Assembly (NCBI GenBank): GCA_963674865.2
Contig: CAXXYE010000008.1
Span: forward strand, 320,001-384,000
Origin: Candidatus Hydrogenedentota bacterium
GTDB lineage: Bacteria; Hydrogenedentota; Hydrogenedentia; Hydrogenedentales; SLHB01
Direction of reading: 5' to 3'
Length of the DNA stretch: 64,000 nt
Below are positions 27,404 to 37,032 of the stretch, piece by piece; position 1 is the first letter of the stretch; every line of letters begins with the position of its first letter. Position numbers and translations under genes: made by a program. The notes beneath the pieces are model-generated. The model did not search any database. It was not told the DNA's origin and was given only the letters and a program-made list of their open reading frames with translations.

Positions 27404-27601
27404 GTTGAATCCCGGCTTCCGCGCCGTGTGTTCCCCTGTTTCCGGGATGGGGTTCCTGAGGCGGGGAACCCTCGCGTCTTTGCTAAGGCAGCCGGGTGTG
27501 TGGACCACTTGGGCAGGCGGTGACACGAAGCAGCAGGTGAGACGGACCGCCCAGGCAGACGTTTGCCGGAAACCCAGCGGACACGGAAGCCGGGATTCAA
27601 C
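27404..27601 (-). ncRNA. Candidate structured ncRNA, 6S RNA-like (198 nt)
   Basis: Perfect terminal stem GTTGAATCCCGGCTTCC/GGAAGCCGGGATTCAAC, extended by G-U pairs on the minus strand. Further GTTTCCGG/CCGGAAAC stem, internal GGGTTCC/GGAACCC hairpin and apical stems. Intergenic. Confidence 0.55.
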
Positions 27602-27651
27602 AACTCGCAACACATTCAACTCTTAAGGCGTAAGGGCATAAAGCCCTGGTG

Positions 27652-28173
27652 CTACAGGAGAGGGTGCGTTCCTTCAAATACGGCTTCTACGTCGTGGTAG
27701 CCCATGATCTTAGCCACTTCGACGGGACTGAGGCCGTCCATCAACTCGTCTCGCATTTCGCAGTCCGCGCCGTACTCCACGAGGAGATGGGCCAAGTCGT
27801 CGCGGCCGCACATGGCGGCCCAGTGTAAGGGCGTCATGCCCAGGTCGTTGACGACATTCGCTTCGGCGCCGCGCTCGAGGAGGAGCTTGACGACGTCCCA
27901 ATGGCCCATGCGGGCAGCTTTGTGCAGCGGGGTCTCCCCGCGATAATCCTGGCGGTCGGGGTCCATACCGTCGTCGAGCAGTGCTATAACGGCATCCTTG
28001 AGGCCCAGGAAGGCGGCCTCATGGAGTGGAGGCATCATGTCGCGGTCGGCGCAACTATCATCGAAGTTCTGCCGGAGCATCAGTTCTGTGAGGGCGCCGT
28101 ATCCGCAGCGTGACGCGCGGGTGAGCGGGGTCTGGCCCCAGAGGTCGATAACGTTTAGCCAATCCTCGTACAT
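27652..28173 (-). CDS. Ankyrin repeat protein
   Basis: GQTPLTRA, PPLHEAA, GETPLHKAA, GMTPLHWAA; GGAG RBS. Confidence 0.93.
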   Translation of the reverse strand: MYEDWLNVIDLWGQTPLTRASRCGYGALTELMLRQNFDDSCADRDMMPPLHEAAFLGLKDAVIALLDDGMDPDRQDYRGETPLHKAARMGHWDVVKLLLERGAEANVVNDLGMTPLHWAAMCGRDDLAHLLVEYGADCEMRDELMDGLSPVEVAKIMGYHDVEAVFEGTHPLL

Positions 28174-28272
28174 CTTTATTACTCCTCTGTGTGATCACGC
28201 GATTGCTCGCGATTCCTCCTTGAATTTCCATCCGTCCATCCTGAACGTCTGACCACAGCTGCCTCCCGCAAG

Positions 28273-28288
28273 TGCAAATCCGATGCCA
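28273..28288 (-). promoter_or_regulatory. Sigma54 (-24/-12) promoter upstream of ankyrin gene
   Basis: Minus strand TGGCATCGGATTTGCA = GG-N10-GC consensus, 100 bp upstream of the ATG. Confidence 0.65.
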
Positions 28289-28744
28289 CGGGCCGTGCCA
28301 GGGCGTGCCATCGGCGCATGGTATGGCCCTAACGGGCTGCCATAACATGGTTTATGATTTGGCGCTTCAGAGGAAGCGAGTCTTCCTCTGGACTGGTAGG
28401 CGTTGGCACATCGCCGAAACGGCATTTGTCACTTTGACGAAATCCTGGCGCTTTGCCCAGGTTGTCTGTCACTTGAGCCGGCAACTTCTAGAGAACTGCT
28501 CATATGGGCTCCGGTGGCCGAGTTGCCAATGGCGCGGTGCGTCAAGCTACTGGAAGCGGAAGTATTGGCAGGAAGAGTGGCCGCGCCTGCAAGGAAAGCA
28601 GGTTTCAAGAGATGAGGCCGAGTGAGAGCGCCGAGCGCGCGGCACAGTCGAGCTCCTCGTATTACCAATTGTCCGGTACGCTTTTGTCTGGCAGGGCGAA
28701 ATCGGCTAGAATGCTCCGTTCAGGGGTATACAGGGAGATGCACT

Positions 28745-29593
28745 ATGCGGCGAGCGGACTTGTTTCGTGTCTTATGGGTGCTGGGCTTGGCGCTTACTTT
28801 GAGTTTGGGATGCGGGCCGGAGGCGGGGGGGGGCGGACCTGCGCCAGTTGATCAAACGACGAACCAGGCGCCAGATATGACGGAGGCGTTGGTGAGCGAA
28901 TGGCGCCAACTGGCCGAAAGCCCACAGGAGAATCTGGCCAATCCCCGGTGCGCCGAAATCGCTTCCCAGTTGGCGGCGCGGGGACTTGCCGGCTTGCAGC
29001 CCCTCATCGATGTGTTGGCTGACCCGAATGCGGACCCTCACGCCAAGGTTCTTGTGGTAACCAGTATTCAACACCTCATGCAACCGGCTCTTGTCCCCGT
29101 CCTGGCGGAGTTGACGAAGCCTACCTTTGACGGGACGACGCGCGCATGCGCCACGCAACTCTTGGCCTTCGGCGGCAGCGAAGCCGATGCAGCGCTGAAA
29201 GCCCTTATCAGTGATCCGGAAGAGCGCGTTCGCATGGCCGCGTTGGTGGCGTTGATCACACGCGGCGACGCCGAGGCCCGGGCCGAACTGGTTAATATGT
29301 ATCAGTTGCCCGATACGACGGTCGTCCAGCGAGAGCGGATTCTGCTTGTGGTCTTTGACGATCCGCAGCCGGGGGATGTCCCCATATTGGCCGAAGCGGC
29401 GGGCGACGGTGAGCTTGATGAGACGACGCGAACGCTTGCCATCGCGACGCTGGGCGAGGTCGGCGACCTTTCCGTCGTTGAGACCCTTTCTCAGGTGGGT
29501 GAGGCGGATGAGGACTTTCGCGGATTGGCCGACCAGGCCATCGCGAGCATTCGAGAGCGCACGGTCTCTCCGGACGACACCGCTCCAGAGTAG
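28745..29593 (+). CDS. HEAT-repeat lipoprotein
   Basis: GGGAG RBS, lipobox LSLGC, HEAT-like repeats (LISDPEERVRMAALVAL; TRTLAIATLGEVGD). Confidence 0.8.
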   Translation: MRRADLFRVLWVLGLALTLSLGCGPEAGGGGPAPVDQTTNQAPDMTEALVSEWRQLAESPQENLANPRCAEIASQLAARGLAGLQPLIDVLADPNADPHAKVLVVTSIQHLMQPALVPVLAELTKPTFDGTTRACATQLLAFGGSEADAALKALISDPEERVRMAALVALITRGDAEARAELVNMYQLPDTTVVQRERILLVVFDDPQPGDVPILAEAAGDGELDETTRTLAIATLGEVGDLSVVETLSQVGEADEDFRGLADQAIASIRERTVSPDDTAPE

Positions 29594-29723
29594 TCCATCC
29601 TTACCGGGCAGAAACATGCCAATCCACTAAATGATGGGGGCTCCCGGCAGATACCTGTGGTACAACTAGTATGAGTCGGCCCGGACAGGTTTCCGGGTCC
29701 GTGGGTTAGAGGCAGACAAACCT

Positions 29724-30056
29724 ATGTTATTCAAGAAGCGGGGCAAACACCCCGGCCCTCCCCCCGCGTTGCGGGGGCAAGGCGGGGACGTCAAGGCTGA
29801 TTGGGATTTCATCCGCGTCGAGTTCGAGGCGATGCTGAAGGGGACGGTTGTCCGACGTGGCGACGGCAGTGTCCGGCAGATTGGCGTGACGGTGGACGGC
29901 GCCACGCGGCTCGTGACCAGCGGGGACCTGATAGACCGGGTGACCTACGAGGCGCTTCTGAACATCGGGGCCATCCGTCCCCTGGAGGCACCCGGAGCGG
30001 GCCAAGAGTGCGCTGAGGGAGCTCCACCCCCGTTGGGCGACGCTTCCGAGGTGTAG
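29724..30056 (+). CDS. Hypothetical protein
   Basis: 110-aa ORF with RBS-like GAGG; ends 2 nt before the next gene. Confidence 0.65.
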   Translation: MLFKKRGKHPGPPPALRGQGGDVKADWDFIRVEFEAMLKGTVVRRGDGSVRQIGVTVDGATRLVTSGDLIDRVTYEALLNIGAIRPLEAPGAGQECAEGAPPPLGDASEV

Positions 30057-30058
30057 TT

Positions 30059-31462
30059 ATGGCGCGGTCGATCTCGATTGCCATGATTGTTAAGGATGAA
30101 GCCGCCAATCTTGAGGAATGTCTGTCCGGCCTATCGAGGATCGCGGACGAGTTGTGCGTAGTGGACACAGGTTCGCACGATGACTCGGTCGAGCTGGCGC
30201 GCAAACACCATGCACGCGTGAGCATCTATATATGGTGTGACGATTTCTCTGCCGCGCGCAATGAATCTCTCCGGTTGTGTGAAAGTGATTGGATCTTTGT
30301 TGTTGACGCCGACGAGCGCATTGCCGAAGAGGACGCGAGCAAGGTCAAAGCGCTCGCGGAGGGGGGAATGGACGCGGCCTACCGGTTCTGCACGCGTAAC
30401 TACACCAACACAACGAACGTTAGTGAGTTCCGCCCGTGTTCGCCTGGGGACCCTCACGCGCGTGGATTTGCAGGCTGGTATCCCAGCTACAAAGTGCGGT
30501 TTTTCCCCAATCACCGGGGTGCCCGCTTCGAGGGGAAGGTGCATGAGCTTGTCCACAAATCCCTTTCGGATAATGGGATACGTATTGTGGACTCCGATGT
30601 GCCCATTCACCATTACCCGTTTACCAAGTCCCCCGAAGAGGTGCAACGCAAGCGGGAGCTGTACCTTAACCTGGCTCACGAGAAGGTCCGGGCCGCCCCC
30701 AATGACCCGAAAGCCCTGGCGGAGTTGGGGGAGCAATACGTTGAAGTGGGCGACTTCGCCAACGCCGCCGCCGCCTTTCGGGAGTCGTTGAAATACGACC
30801 CTCATAACCCACTGGTATTGAAGGATCTAGGCGGCGCGCTGCACCTGATGAACCGTCCCGATGAGGCCAAGCAAGCACTGCGCCTGGCCGTAGACCTCGC
30901 TCCCGACTTGGCGGAGGGCTGGCGCAACCTGGGCGTAATTCTCGGGGGGGAAAAGGACTGGAACGCTGCCGCCGACTGCTTCCGTGAGGCGGTGAAGCAT
31001 GCGCCCGATTCGAGCGAGGCGCATCGGTGCTTGAGCGTGGCGCTGGAGCAGCTCGGGCATATGGCGGAAGCCGCGGAGGCCTCCGGAAAGGCCCTGGCGC
31101 TTCATCCGGAGTCCGGCGAGGCATTGCGGCTTTATGTCCACCAGATGCTTCGCCTCGAGCGCCGCGAAGAGGCCCGTCGCGTCCTGGAGACTCTCGTACA
31201 ACCCAACGGGCAGTGCGCGGGACTTCACGACGCCCTGGGCGAGTTGTACTATTATGACGCCCTTTACGAAGCGGCCGCGGCCCACTTCGATGAGGCCGGG
31301 CGGCAGGGAATTGCCGGGGCCTACAACAACCTCGGCGTGGTTTACTTCCGACTCAAGCGCTTTGAGGAAGCCAGGGACGCTTTCGAGAAGTGCCTTGCGT
31401 CGGACCCGGGGCATCGGGGCGCCCGTGAGAATCTGCGTAAGGCACTGGCTCACTTGAAGTAA
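30059..31462 (+). CDS. GT2 glycosyltransferase with TPR repeats
   Basis: SIAMIVKDEA, VDTGSHD, DFSAARN, VVDADE, FEGKVHE, then multiple TPRs. Confidence 0.92.
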   Translation: MARSISIAMIVKDEAANLEECLSGLSRIADELCVVDTGSHDDSVELARKHHARVSIYIWCDDFSAARNESLRLCESDWIFVVDADERIAEEDASKVKALAEGGMDAAYRFCTRNYTNTTNVSEFRPCSPGDPHARGFAGWYPSYKVRFFPNHRGARFEGKVHELVHKSLSDNGIRIVDSDVPIHHYPFTKSPEEVQRKRELYLNLAHEKVRAAPNDPKALAELGEQYVEVGDFANAAAAFRESLKYDPHNPLVLKDLGGALHLMNRPDEAKQALRLAVDLAPDLAEGWRNLGVILGGEKDWNAAADCFREAVKHAPDSSEAHRCLSVALEQLGHMAEAAEASGKALALHPESGEALRLYVHQMLRLERREEARRVLETLVQPNGQCAGLHDALGELYYYDALYEAAAAHFDEAGRQGIAGAYNNLGVVYFRLKRFEEARDAFEKCLASDPGHRGARENLRKALAHLK

Positions 31463-31741
31463 GGCGGCGCTTTGTCGCCCAGTCCGAATGGCTCGCGCGC
31501 AGTTGCCTGCACCCCGCTTTTCTCACCTGCTTTTCAACGGAAGGCTTTTGAGGCCATGCGCCCGTTCCCTACGATGAGTATGCCGTCCTGCTTTGCGGCT
31601 GTGAAAAGGGTGGGCCGCTCATCCGCTGCCTTTCCCGGGCGAATCATACCATATATTGTGTGCTGCCGTATCATTAGGGGTTCCCTTGGGGGTGTCGCTA
31701 TGGGGAGGCCGTTGGCAGCTGGTGACGGGGCAATGAGGGGC

Positions 31742-31769
31742 TAAAGCTCCGCTCGGGAGTTGCCGATAC
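31742..31769 (+). promoter_or_regulatory. Sigma28 (FliA/SigD) promoter of flagellin
   Basis: TAAA-N16-GCCGATAC about 80 bp upstream of the flagellin ATG; spacer is 1 nt longer than the E. coli consensus. Confidence 0.75.
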
Positions 31770-31794
31770 TACAGCCGTGGCCCGAGCGTGAGCC

Positions 31795-31840
31795 ACGGAA
31801 AGCCGATGCATGGATGCAGAGGTAGCCCGCGTCACGGAGG
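31795..31840 (+). promoter_or_regulatory. Candidate CsrA-binding ANGGA sites in flagellin leader
   Basis: ACGGA (31795), hairpin TGCA-TGGA-TGCA (31807-31818), ACGGAGG overlapping the RBS (31834). Confidence 0.6.
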
Positions 31841-31849
31841 AACGAACTC

Positions 31850-32668
31850 ATGGGACTACGAATCAACACCAACATCGCGGCCCTGAATACCAGCAGGATT
31901 CTCCGCAAGTCCACCAACGACCTCAACAAGAGCCTTGAACGGCTATCGAGCGGTTTGCGCATCAACCGCGCGGCCGACGACGCCGCCGGCCTCGCCATCG
32001 CCGAGGGATTCCGTTCGGTTGTGCTCGGCACTCAGGTGGCGCAGCGCAACTCGCAGGACGGCATCAGTCTTGTGCAGACGGCGGAAGGCGCGCTGAGCGA
32101 GACCACGAACATCCTGCAGCGCATTCGCGAGCTTGCCGTCCAGGCCGCCAACGGCACTCAGAGCAGTCAGAACCGGGCCGCCTTGGACGCAGAGGTCAAG
32201 CAGCTTCTCGACCAGCTCGACGACATTGCGCTCGACACGGAGTTCAACGGACTTCGCGTTCTTAGCGCATCGCAAACCGTCACGCTGCAGGCGGGCGCCC
32301 AGCCCAACCAGACGCTCGTGATCTCGGTGGCGGGGGCGAAGACGGACGACCTGAAGGTCAGCCCCATCACGGTATCCAGCATTGCGAGTGCGGTATCGGC
32401 GCTGAGTCAGGTGGACACGGCCTTGAAGAGCGTTACCACGCTTCGGAGCACCCTGGGTGCCTTCCAGAACCGCCTCGAGTTCACCATCAATACGCTGGCG
32501 ATCCAGGAAGAGAACTCGTCGTCTTCCGAGAGCGTTATCCGCGATGCCGATATCGCGCGCGAGACGATTCGATTCACGCGTAATCAGATTCTGGTGAGCG
32601 CAGGCACTAGCGTGCTGGCCCAGGCCAACATCGTTCCGCAGACGGCACTTCAGCTCCTGGGCGGCTAA
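31850..32668 (+). CDS. fliC: Flagellin
   Basis: INTNIAALN, ERLSSGLRINRAADDAAGLAI, QTAEGAL, LGAFQNRLE, IRDAD, VLAQAN..ALQLLG. Confidence 0.98.
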   Translation: MGLRINTNIAALNTSRILRKSTNDLNKSLERLSSGLRINRAADDAAGLAIAEGFRSVVLGTQVAQRNSQDGISLVQTAEGALSETTNILQRIRELAVQAANGTQSSQNRAALDAEVKQLLDQLDDIALDTEFNGLRVLSASQTVTLQAGAQPNQTLVISVAGAKTDDLKVSPITVSSIASAVSALSQVDTALKSVTTLRSTLGAFQNRLEFTINTLAIQEENSSSSESVIRDADIARETIRFTRNQILVSAGTSVLAQANIVPQTALQLLGG

Positions 32669-32918
32669 CCGCCCCGGGTTCGCGGCCCACCGGCATGAGG
32701 TGACTGCGGCGACGGCGTCAATCGCTCACGAGAAGTTCCTCCGGTATCGATAGTGATTCATCCGGAGAGCGTATATGGTAGATAGACTGCCAAACACGCT
32801 CTCCGGTTCTCTTTTTCTCGCGGCTCGGGGCCGAAGTTGCTTGACGCGGCCGGCCCAATCTGGTAGCAAGAGGGCTGTTGCGTGAGTGTGAGGTGCAAGA
32901 GGGCTGGAGGAGAGAGCG

Positions 32919-33647
32919 ATGCGATGGTGCAATGGATGGGTTCTTATCGGTATTGCCGTGCTCGTGCTTGCCGTCAGCGGCTGCACGACGGTTGGCGGGG
33001 GCATGGCACGCCCGCCGAAGACGCTTAACGGATTGCCCTTGGTATTCCACGAGGAATTCGAGGACGGAGTCGAAGGCTGGGTGATGAGCGATCCCGGCGC
33101 GTGGCAAACGGTGGTCGAAGACGGAAACACGGTACTCTCGCTTTTCCAGAAGAGCGATTACGGCCCGCCCTTCCGCTCCCCGCATTCCGTGGCCTTGATA
33201 GACAACTTCGAAGTGTCGGACTTTGTGCTCGAGGCGCGACTGAAGCAGACGGGGCGTGACTACGGCCACCGCGATATGTGCATCTTCCTCGGCTTCAACA
33301 ACCCTTCCCACTATTACTATGTTCATATCGCCACGAAGGCGGATCCGCACGCCAATTCGATCTTCCTGGTAGACGGCGCGGCGCGCGTTTCCATCGCCAA
33401 GGAGCGTACCGACGGTACCGATTGGGGCCGGGAGATGTATCACACGGTGCGCATCGAGCGCGATACGTCGACGGGCCGCATCGCCGTGTACTTCGACGAC
33501 ATGACGACGCCGATCATGGTGGCGGAAGACAAGACCTTTCTCACGGGAGGCATCGGCTTTGGCTCATTTGACGACACGGGCCAGGTCGATGACGTGGTCA
33601 TTTACGGAAAGGCCGTGGCCAATCCCTCGCATTGGTCCTTCGACTAG
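32919..33647 (+). CDS. Lipoprotein with concanavalin-like beta-sandwich (DUF1080-like)
   Basis: Lipobox VSGC; DFVLEARLK, HTVRIER, GGIGFGSFDD..DDVVI. Confidence 0.7.
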   Translation: MRWCNGWVLIGIAVLVLAVSGCTTVGGGMARPPKTLNGLPLVFHEEFEDGVEGWVMSDPGAWQTVVEDGNTVLSLFQKSDYGPPFRSPHSVALIDNFEVSDFVLEARLKQTGRDYGHRDMCIFLGFNNPSHYYYVHIATKADPHANSIFLVDGAARVSIAKERTDGTDWGREMYHTVRIERDTSTGRIAVYFDDMTTPIMVAEDKTFLTGGIGFGSFDDTGQVDDVVIYGKAVANPSHWSFD

Positions 33648-33691
33648 ACGCCTCCATGGGCCGGAGCCGGCGCCCCGGCCAATGTGACAAA

Positions 33692-35272
33692 CTAGTTGAC
33701 GGCGTCGTGGTTCGCGGCCACTTCGGCGGCCGGGACTTCTTCTCCCAGCGACAGGGCCTTCTCCGCAGCGGCCAAGTCGCTTGCCAGTAAGCGGACATGC
33801 TGCGTGTTGTTCCCGGCGATTTCGAGATACACCTTTGTGCCTTCCTCGGCGACGCACCCTCGCAGGAGCGCCCGCCGCACATTGACGAAGTGGACGGCGG
33901 CCGTCGCGTCTTTGGCGGGGCTTGCGTGCAGGCCGTCGATATCCAAGCGACTCACGTCATCGCATACGACTGCATAGGCTACATTTCCCCGCGCCGTGGG
34001 CTCCGGGATCCCACCGTCAGGGGGCCATTTCACCTCCTTCTTGTCTGAGCAAGTGAACCGCCAGAAATCGTCCTCGAAGGAAAGGGCGATGTTGGACAGC
34101 GCCAGCCCGTTCGCGTGGCGGCAGTACAGGCCGTAGGCCGGAAGGCCTCCGAACATCATTGGATCGGGATACTCGTCAAGGGATTCAGGAACGGGTTCGT
34201 CGATGGGTCGATAGACACCGCCGCCCCGATAGGCGACACGGATGCCGGCCAAGGTGACGCCCATGACGTTATGGCCCGGGATGCCCGCGATAATGCATGG
34301 CAGGGAAGCGCCGGTGGCCACGACGTTGCTGATGACGACATTCTTGAGTTCTCCCGGCACGGGCGTGTCCATGTCGCGTCCCCGATTCCCGAGCCGAAGG
34401 AAGATGGGGCAGCGCACGTCGCGCATCGTGACGTTCGACACCACGACTCCGTCGAGTTCCGCACCATCGACTGTCTCGAGAGCGATGCCGCTTTGGGCCG
34501 GCCGCAGGCCTTCGAGCACGCCCATGACGCAGTTGGTTACGGCGATGTGCTTGAAGCCGCCGCCTGATTCCGTTCCGAGCTTGAAGCAGTTGCAGCCCGT
34601 GGCGAGGTAGCAGTTGCTGACGCTCAGGTTTTCGGTTGCGCGGAGTTTCCCGAGCGCAAGACTGGCTTTGGGCACAATGGCATCGTCCCAGGACTCGATA
34701 TGACAATTAGCGATGCGGACGTTCTTGCATGAGTCCGGGTCGATGCCGTCGGAATAGGCGTTGAGGATCGTGACGCCATCGATATTGACGTGGTCGGCGG
34801 CGAGGAGACTGATGGCGTAGTTGGGGGCATTGACGATACGGATCCCCTTGATGCTCACGTACCGGCAGCACTTCAGTGCGATGGGTTTGGGCCCGCCCCG
34901 GCGCTTGCGGTTGCCGTCGATGACGCCTTCGCCGATGATGTTTACATTCTCGACGTTCTCGCCCCAAATGAGAGAGTGATGAAAGAAGGAGGTTTCCCCG
35001 TCGGCGTCGTTCTTGAAGGCAAGTTCCTCAGGCGGGTCGTAGTCCGCGTCGTCGGCGCTGCCCTTGAGAACCGTCCCCGCGCCAAGCCAGAGTGTTATGC
35101 GGTCGCGCAGATGCAGGCTGCCCGTGATATACTTGCCTGCCGGGAACACAACGGTCCCCCCGCCTTCCTCGGCGCATGCGTCTATAGCCCGCTGGAGGGC
35201 CGGCGTGTCCAGTGTCTTGCCGTCGCCCATGGCGCCGAATCGACGCACATCGTACAAAGCTTGTGTGTCCAT
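33692..35272 (-). CDS. GH28/pectin-lyase-fold glycoside hydrolase
   Basis: YDVRRFGAMGDGKTLDT..GGGTVVFPAGKY, SDGIDPDSC, WDDAI, KLGTES. Confidence 0.88.
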   Translation of the reverse strand: MDTQALYDVRRFGAMGDGKTLDTPALQRAIDACAEEGGGTVVFPAGKYITGSLHLRDRITLWLGAGTVLKGSADDADYDPPEELAFKNDADGETSFFHHSLIWGENVENVNIIGEGVIDGNRKRRGGPKPIALKCCRYVSIKGIRIVNAPNYAISLLAADHVNIDGVTILNAYSDGIDPDSCKNVRIANCHIESWDDAIVPKASLALGKLRATENLSVSNCYLATGCNCFKLGTESGGGFKHIAVTNCVMGVLEGLRPAQSGIALETVDGAELDGVVVSNVTMRDVRCPIFLRLGNRGRDMDTPVPGELKNVVISNVVATGASLPCIIAGIPGHNVMGVTLAGIRVAYRGGGVYRPIDEPVPESLDEYPDPMMFGGLPAYGLYCRHANGLALSNIALSFEDDFWRFTCSDKKEVKWPPDGGIPEPTARGNVAYAVVCDDVSRLDIDGLHASPAKDATAAVHFVNVRRALLRGCVAEEGTKVYLEIAGNNTQHVRLLASDLAAAEKALSLGEEVPAAEVAANHDAVN

Positions 35273-35483
35273 CAGATCGATTCTCTCCCCTCGCGGTGAA
35301 TCTCTTTTCCCCAAACGGCCCGTATCGTAAAGCCCTCCCGCCGCGATTACAAGACCCCGGCGCGGGGCTCGGGAAGTAGGTGCGGCGAGAAGAACACCCG
35401 CCCCATTTTTGACTTCTTTCTGCGCGATCTGGCAGATTACGGACATGGGCCGCAGGCAGAAATAAGACGGCGAGACTTACCAA

Positions 35484-37025
35484 GTGCAACGCAGTGGAGA
35501 CGCTCATCCGGGTTCGCCCGCGGCCTCAGCACGTGGCAACGTTGTCTTTGTGCGTGTGCCTCCCTTCGCGGGTTTCTCCCGGCATCACCCTCGTGAACCG
35601 GCCATCCCGTTCGTGTTCGCCTACACGGCCACGCTGGCCAAGAAAGCTGGTTGGCATGTGGCCGTCGTCGATGCGTGGGCCTTGGGCCTGACGCTCGAGG
35701 AATGCCTCGATGGCATAGCCGGGCATTCGCCGGATACGGTTTTCTTCGTCACCAACGCCCCCGAACTGCCCGTGGTGCTCGAGTTGGCCCGCCGCGTCAA
35801 ACAGCGATGCGCCGCGCGGGTCGTATCACTGGGCTCGGTACCGACGTTCATCCCGGAGCGGATTATCGGGCCGGGGCTTCCCGTTGACGTAGGCATTGTG
35901 GGTGAGACGGATTTGACGGCGGTGGCGTTGCTCGACGCCCTCGAAGCGGATGCGCCTCTGGAGCAGGTCGAAGGGATCGTTCACTGGGATGAGGCCAAGG
36001 AGGCCCTGAACCGCACGGAGACGCGTCCGCTGATCGACGACTTGGACAGTCTGCCGCCGCTGGACTACAGCCTTTTCGATCTTCGGCATTACTACATGTA
36101 TTCCGTGCCGGTTGCCGTCTGGGGCGGCACGCGGTGGGGATACGTCTTGACGAGCCGCGGCTGCCCGTTCGCGTGCTCCCACTGCAATTTCGACCACCGG
36201 AAGACGTTCGGCAAGAAGTACCGCATGGCCAGCGCGGCGCGGGTGGTGGACGAGATGGAAGGGCAGGTGCGCGACTACGGCGTCAACGTGATCTCTATCG
36301 AGGACGATTGCTTCTCGCTCAAGCGGCAGCACGTGCTGGATGTGTGCGACGAGATCGAACGCCGCGGGCTGCGGCTGAAATGGGTCATCGAGACTCGTGT
36401 GGACTTGTTCGACGCGGAATTGCTTCGGCGTATGAAGGCGGCGGGCTGCCAAGGCCTGACGATGGGGATCGAGTCGGGCAGCGACCGCGTGCTGAAGACG
36501 CTCAAGAAGGGCTTCACGCGCGAACAGGCGGAGGACGGCATCCGGCTCGCGCGGCAAGCGGGGATGGCGGTGCGCTTGCTCTTCATGATCGGAAATCCCG
36601 GCGAGACGGAGGAAGACGTCGCGCAGACGCTCGACCTGGCGCTGCGATCCGGCGCCGTCACGGTGGAGTTTCATCTCTGTACGCCGTTTCCCGGGACATC
36701 CATGCTCGGTGAGGCCGAGAACGACGGGAAGTACATCGAGGATTTCTCCCCTTTCGACACGATTGTGCACAACATGAGCGCGATTCCCGACGAGCGCCTG
36801 TGGTCCTTGCAGCGCTCTTTGTATTTCCGGTACTACTTCTCGCTGCGTTTCTTCATGATCTTCATGCGGCAGCGGCTGCTTCCGTTGATCACCAACGTTC
36901 GGCGCGAAGTGCTACTCATTTTCAATACCTTGCTCTATCTGACGTCGCACTCACGCCGTCCCGGCGACCGCGCCGTGGCGAATGCGTCGGAAGAGGCGCC
37001 TCCCGCCGGCAAGCGGCCCGGGTGA
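35484..37025 (+). CDS. B12-binding domain radical SAM protein
   Basis: N-terminal cobalamin-binding-like domain; TSRGCPFACSHC (CxxxCxxC), GIESGS, MIGNPGET, TPFPGT. Confidence 0.92.
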   Translation: MQRSGDAHPGSPAASARGNVVFVRVPPFAGFSRHHPREPAIPFVFAYTATLAKKAGWHVAVVDAWALGLTLEECLDGIAGHSPDTVFFVTNAPELPVVLELARRVKQRCAARVVSLGSVPTFIPERIIGPGLPVDVGIVGETDLTAVALLDALEADAPLEQVEGIVHWDEAKEALNRTETRPLIDDLDSLPPLDYSLFDLRHYYMYSVPVAVWGGTRWGYVLTSRGCPFACSHCNFDHRKTFGKKYRMASAARVVDEMEGQVRDYGVNVISIEDDCFSLKRQHVLDVCDEIERRGLRLKWVIETRVDLFDAELLRRMKAAGCQGLTMGIESGSDRVLKTLKKGFTREQAEDGIRLARQAGMAVRLLFMIGNPGETEEDVAQTLDLALRSGAVTVEFHLCTPFPGTSMLGEAENDGKYIEDFSPFDTIVHNMSAIPDERLWSLQRSLYFRYYFSLRFFMIFMRQRLLPLITNVRREVLLIFNTLLYLTSHSRRPGDRAVANASEEAPPAGKRPG

Positions 37026-37032
37026 TCCATTG

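Noticed and set aside
27505..27540. SRP-RNA-like CAGG...AAGCAGC motif on the plus strand
   Set aside because: The spacer is 11 nt without a GNRA-capped stem, and G-U pairing favours the minus strand.
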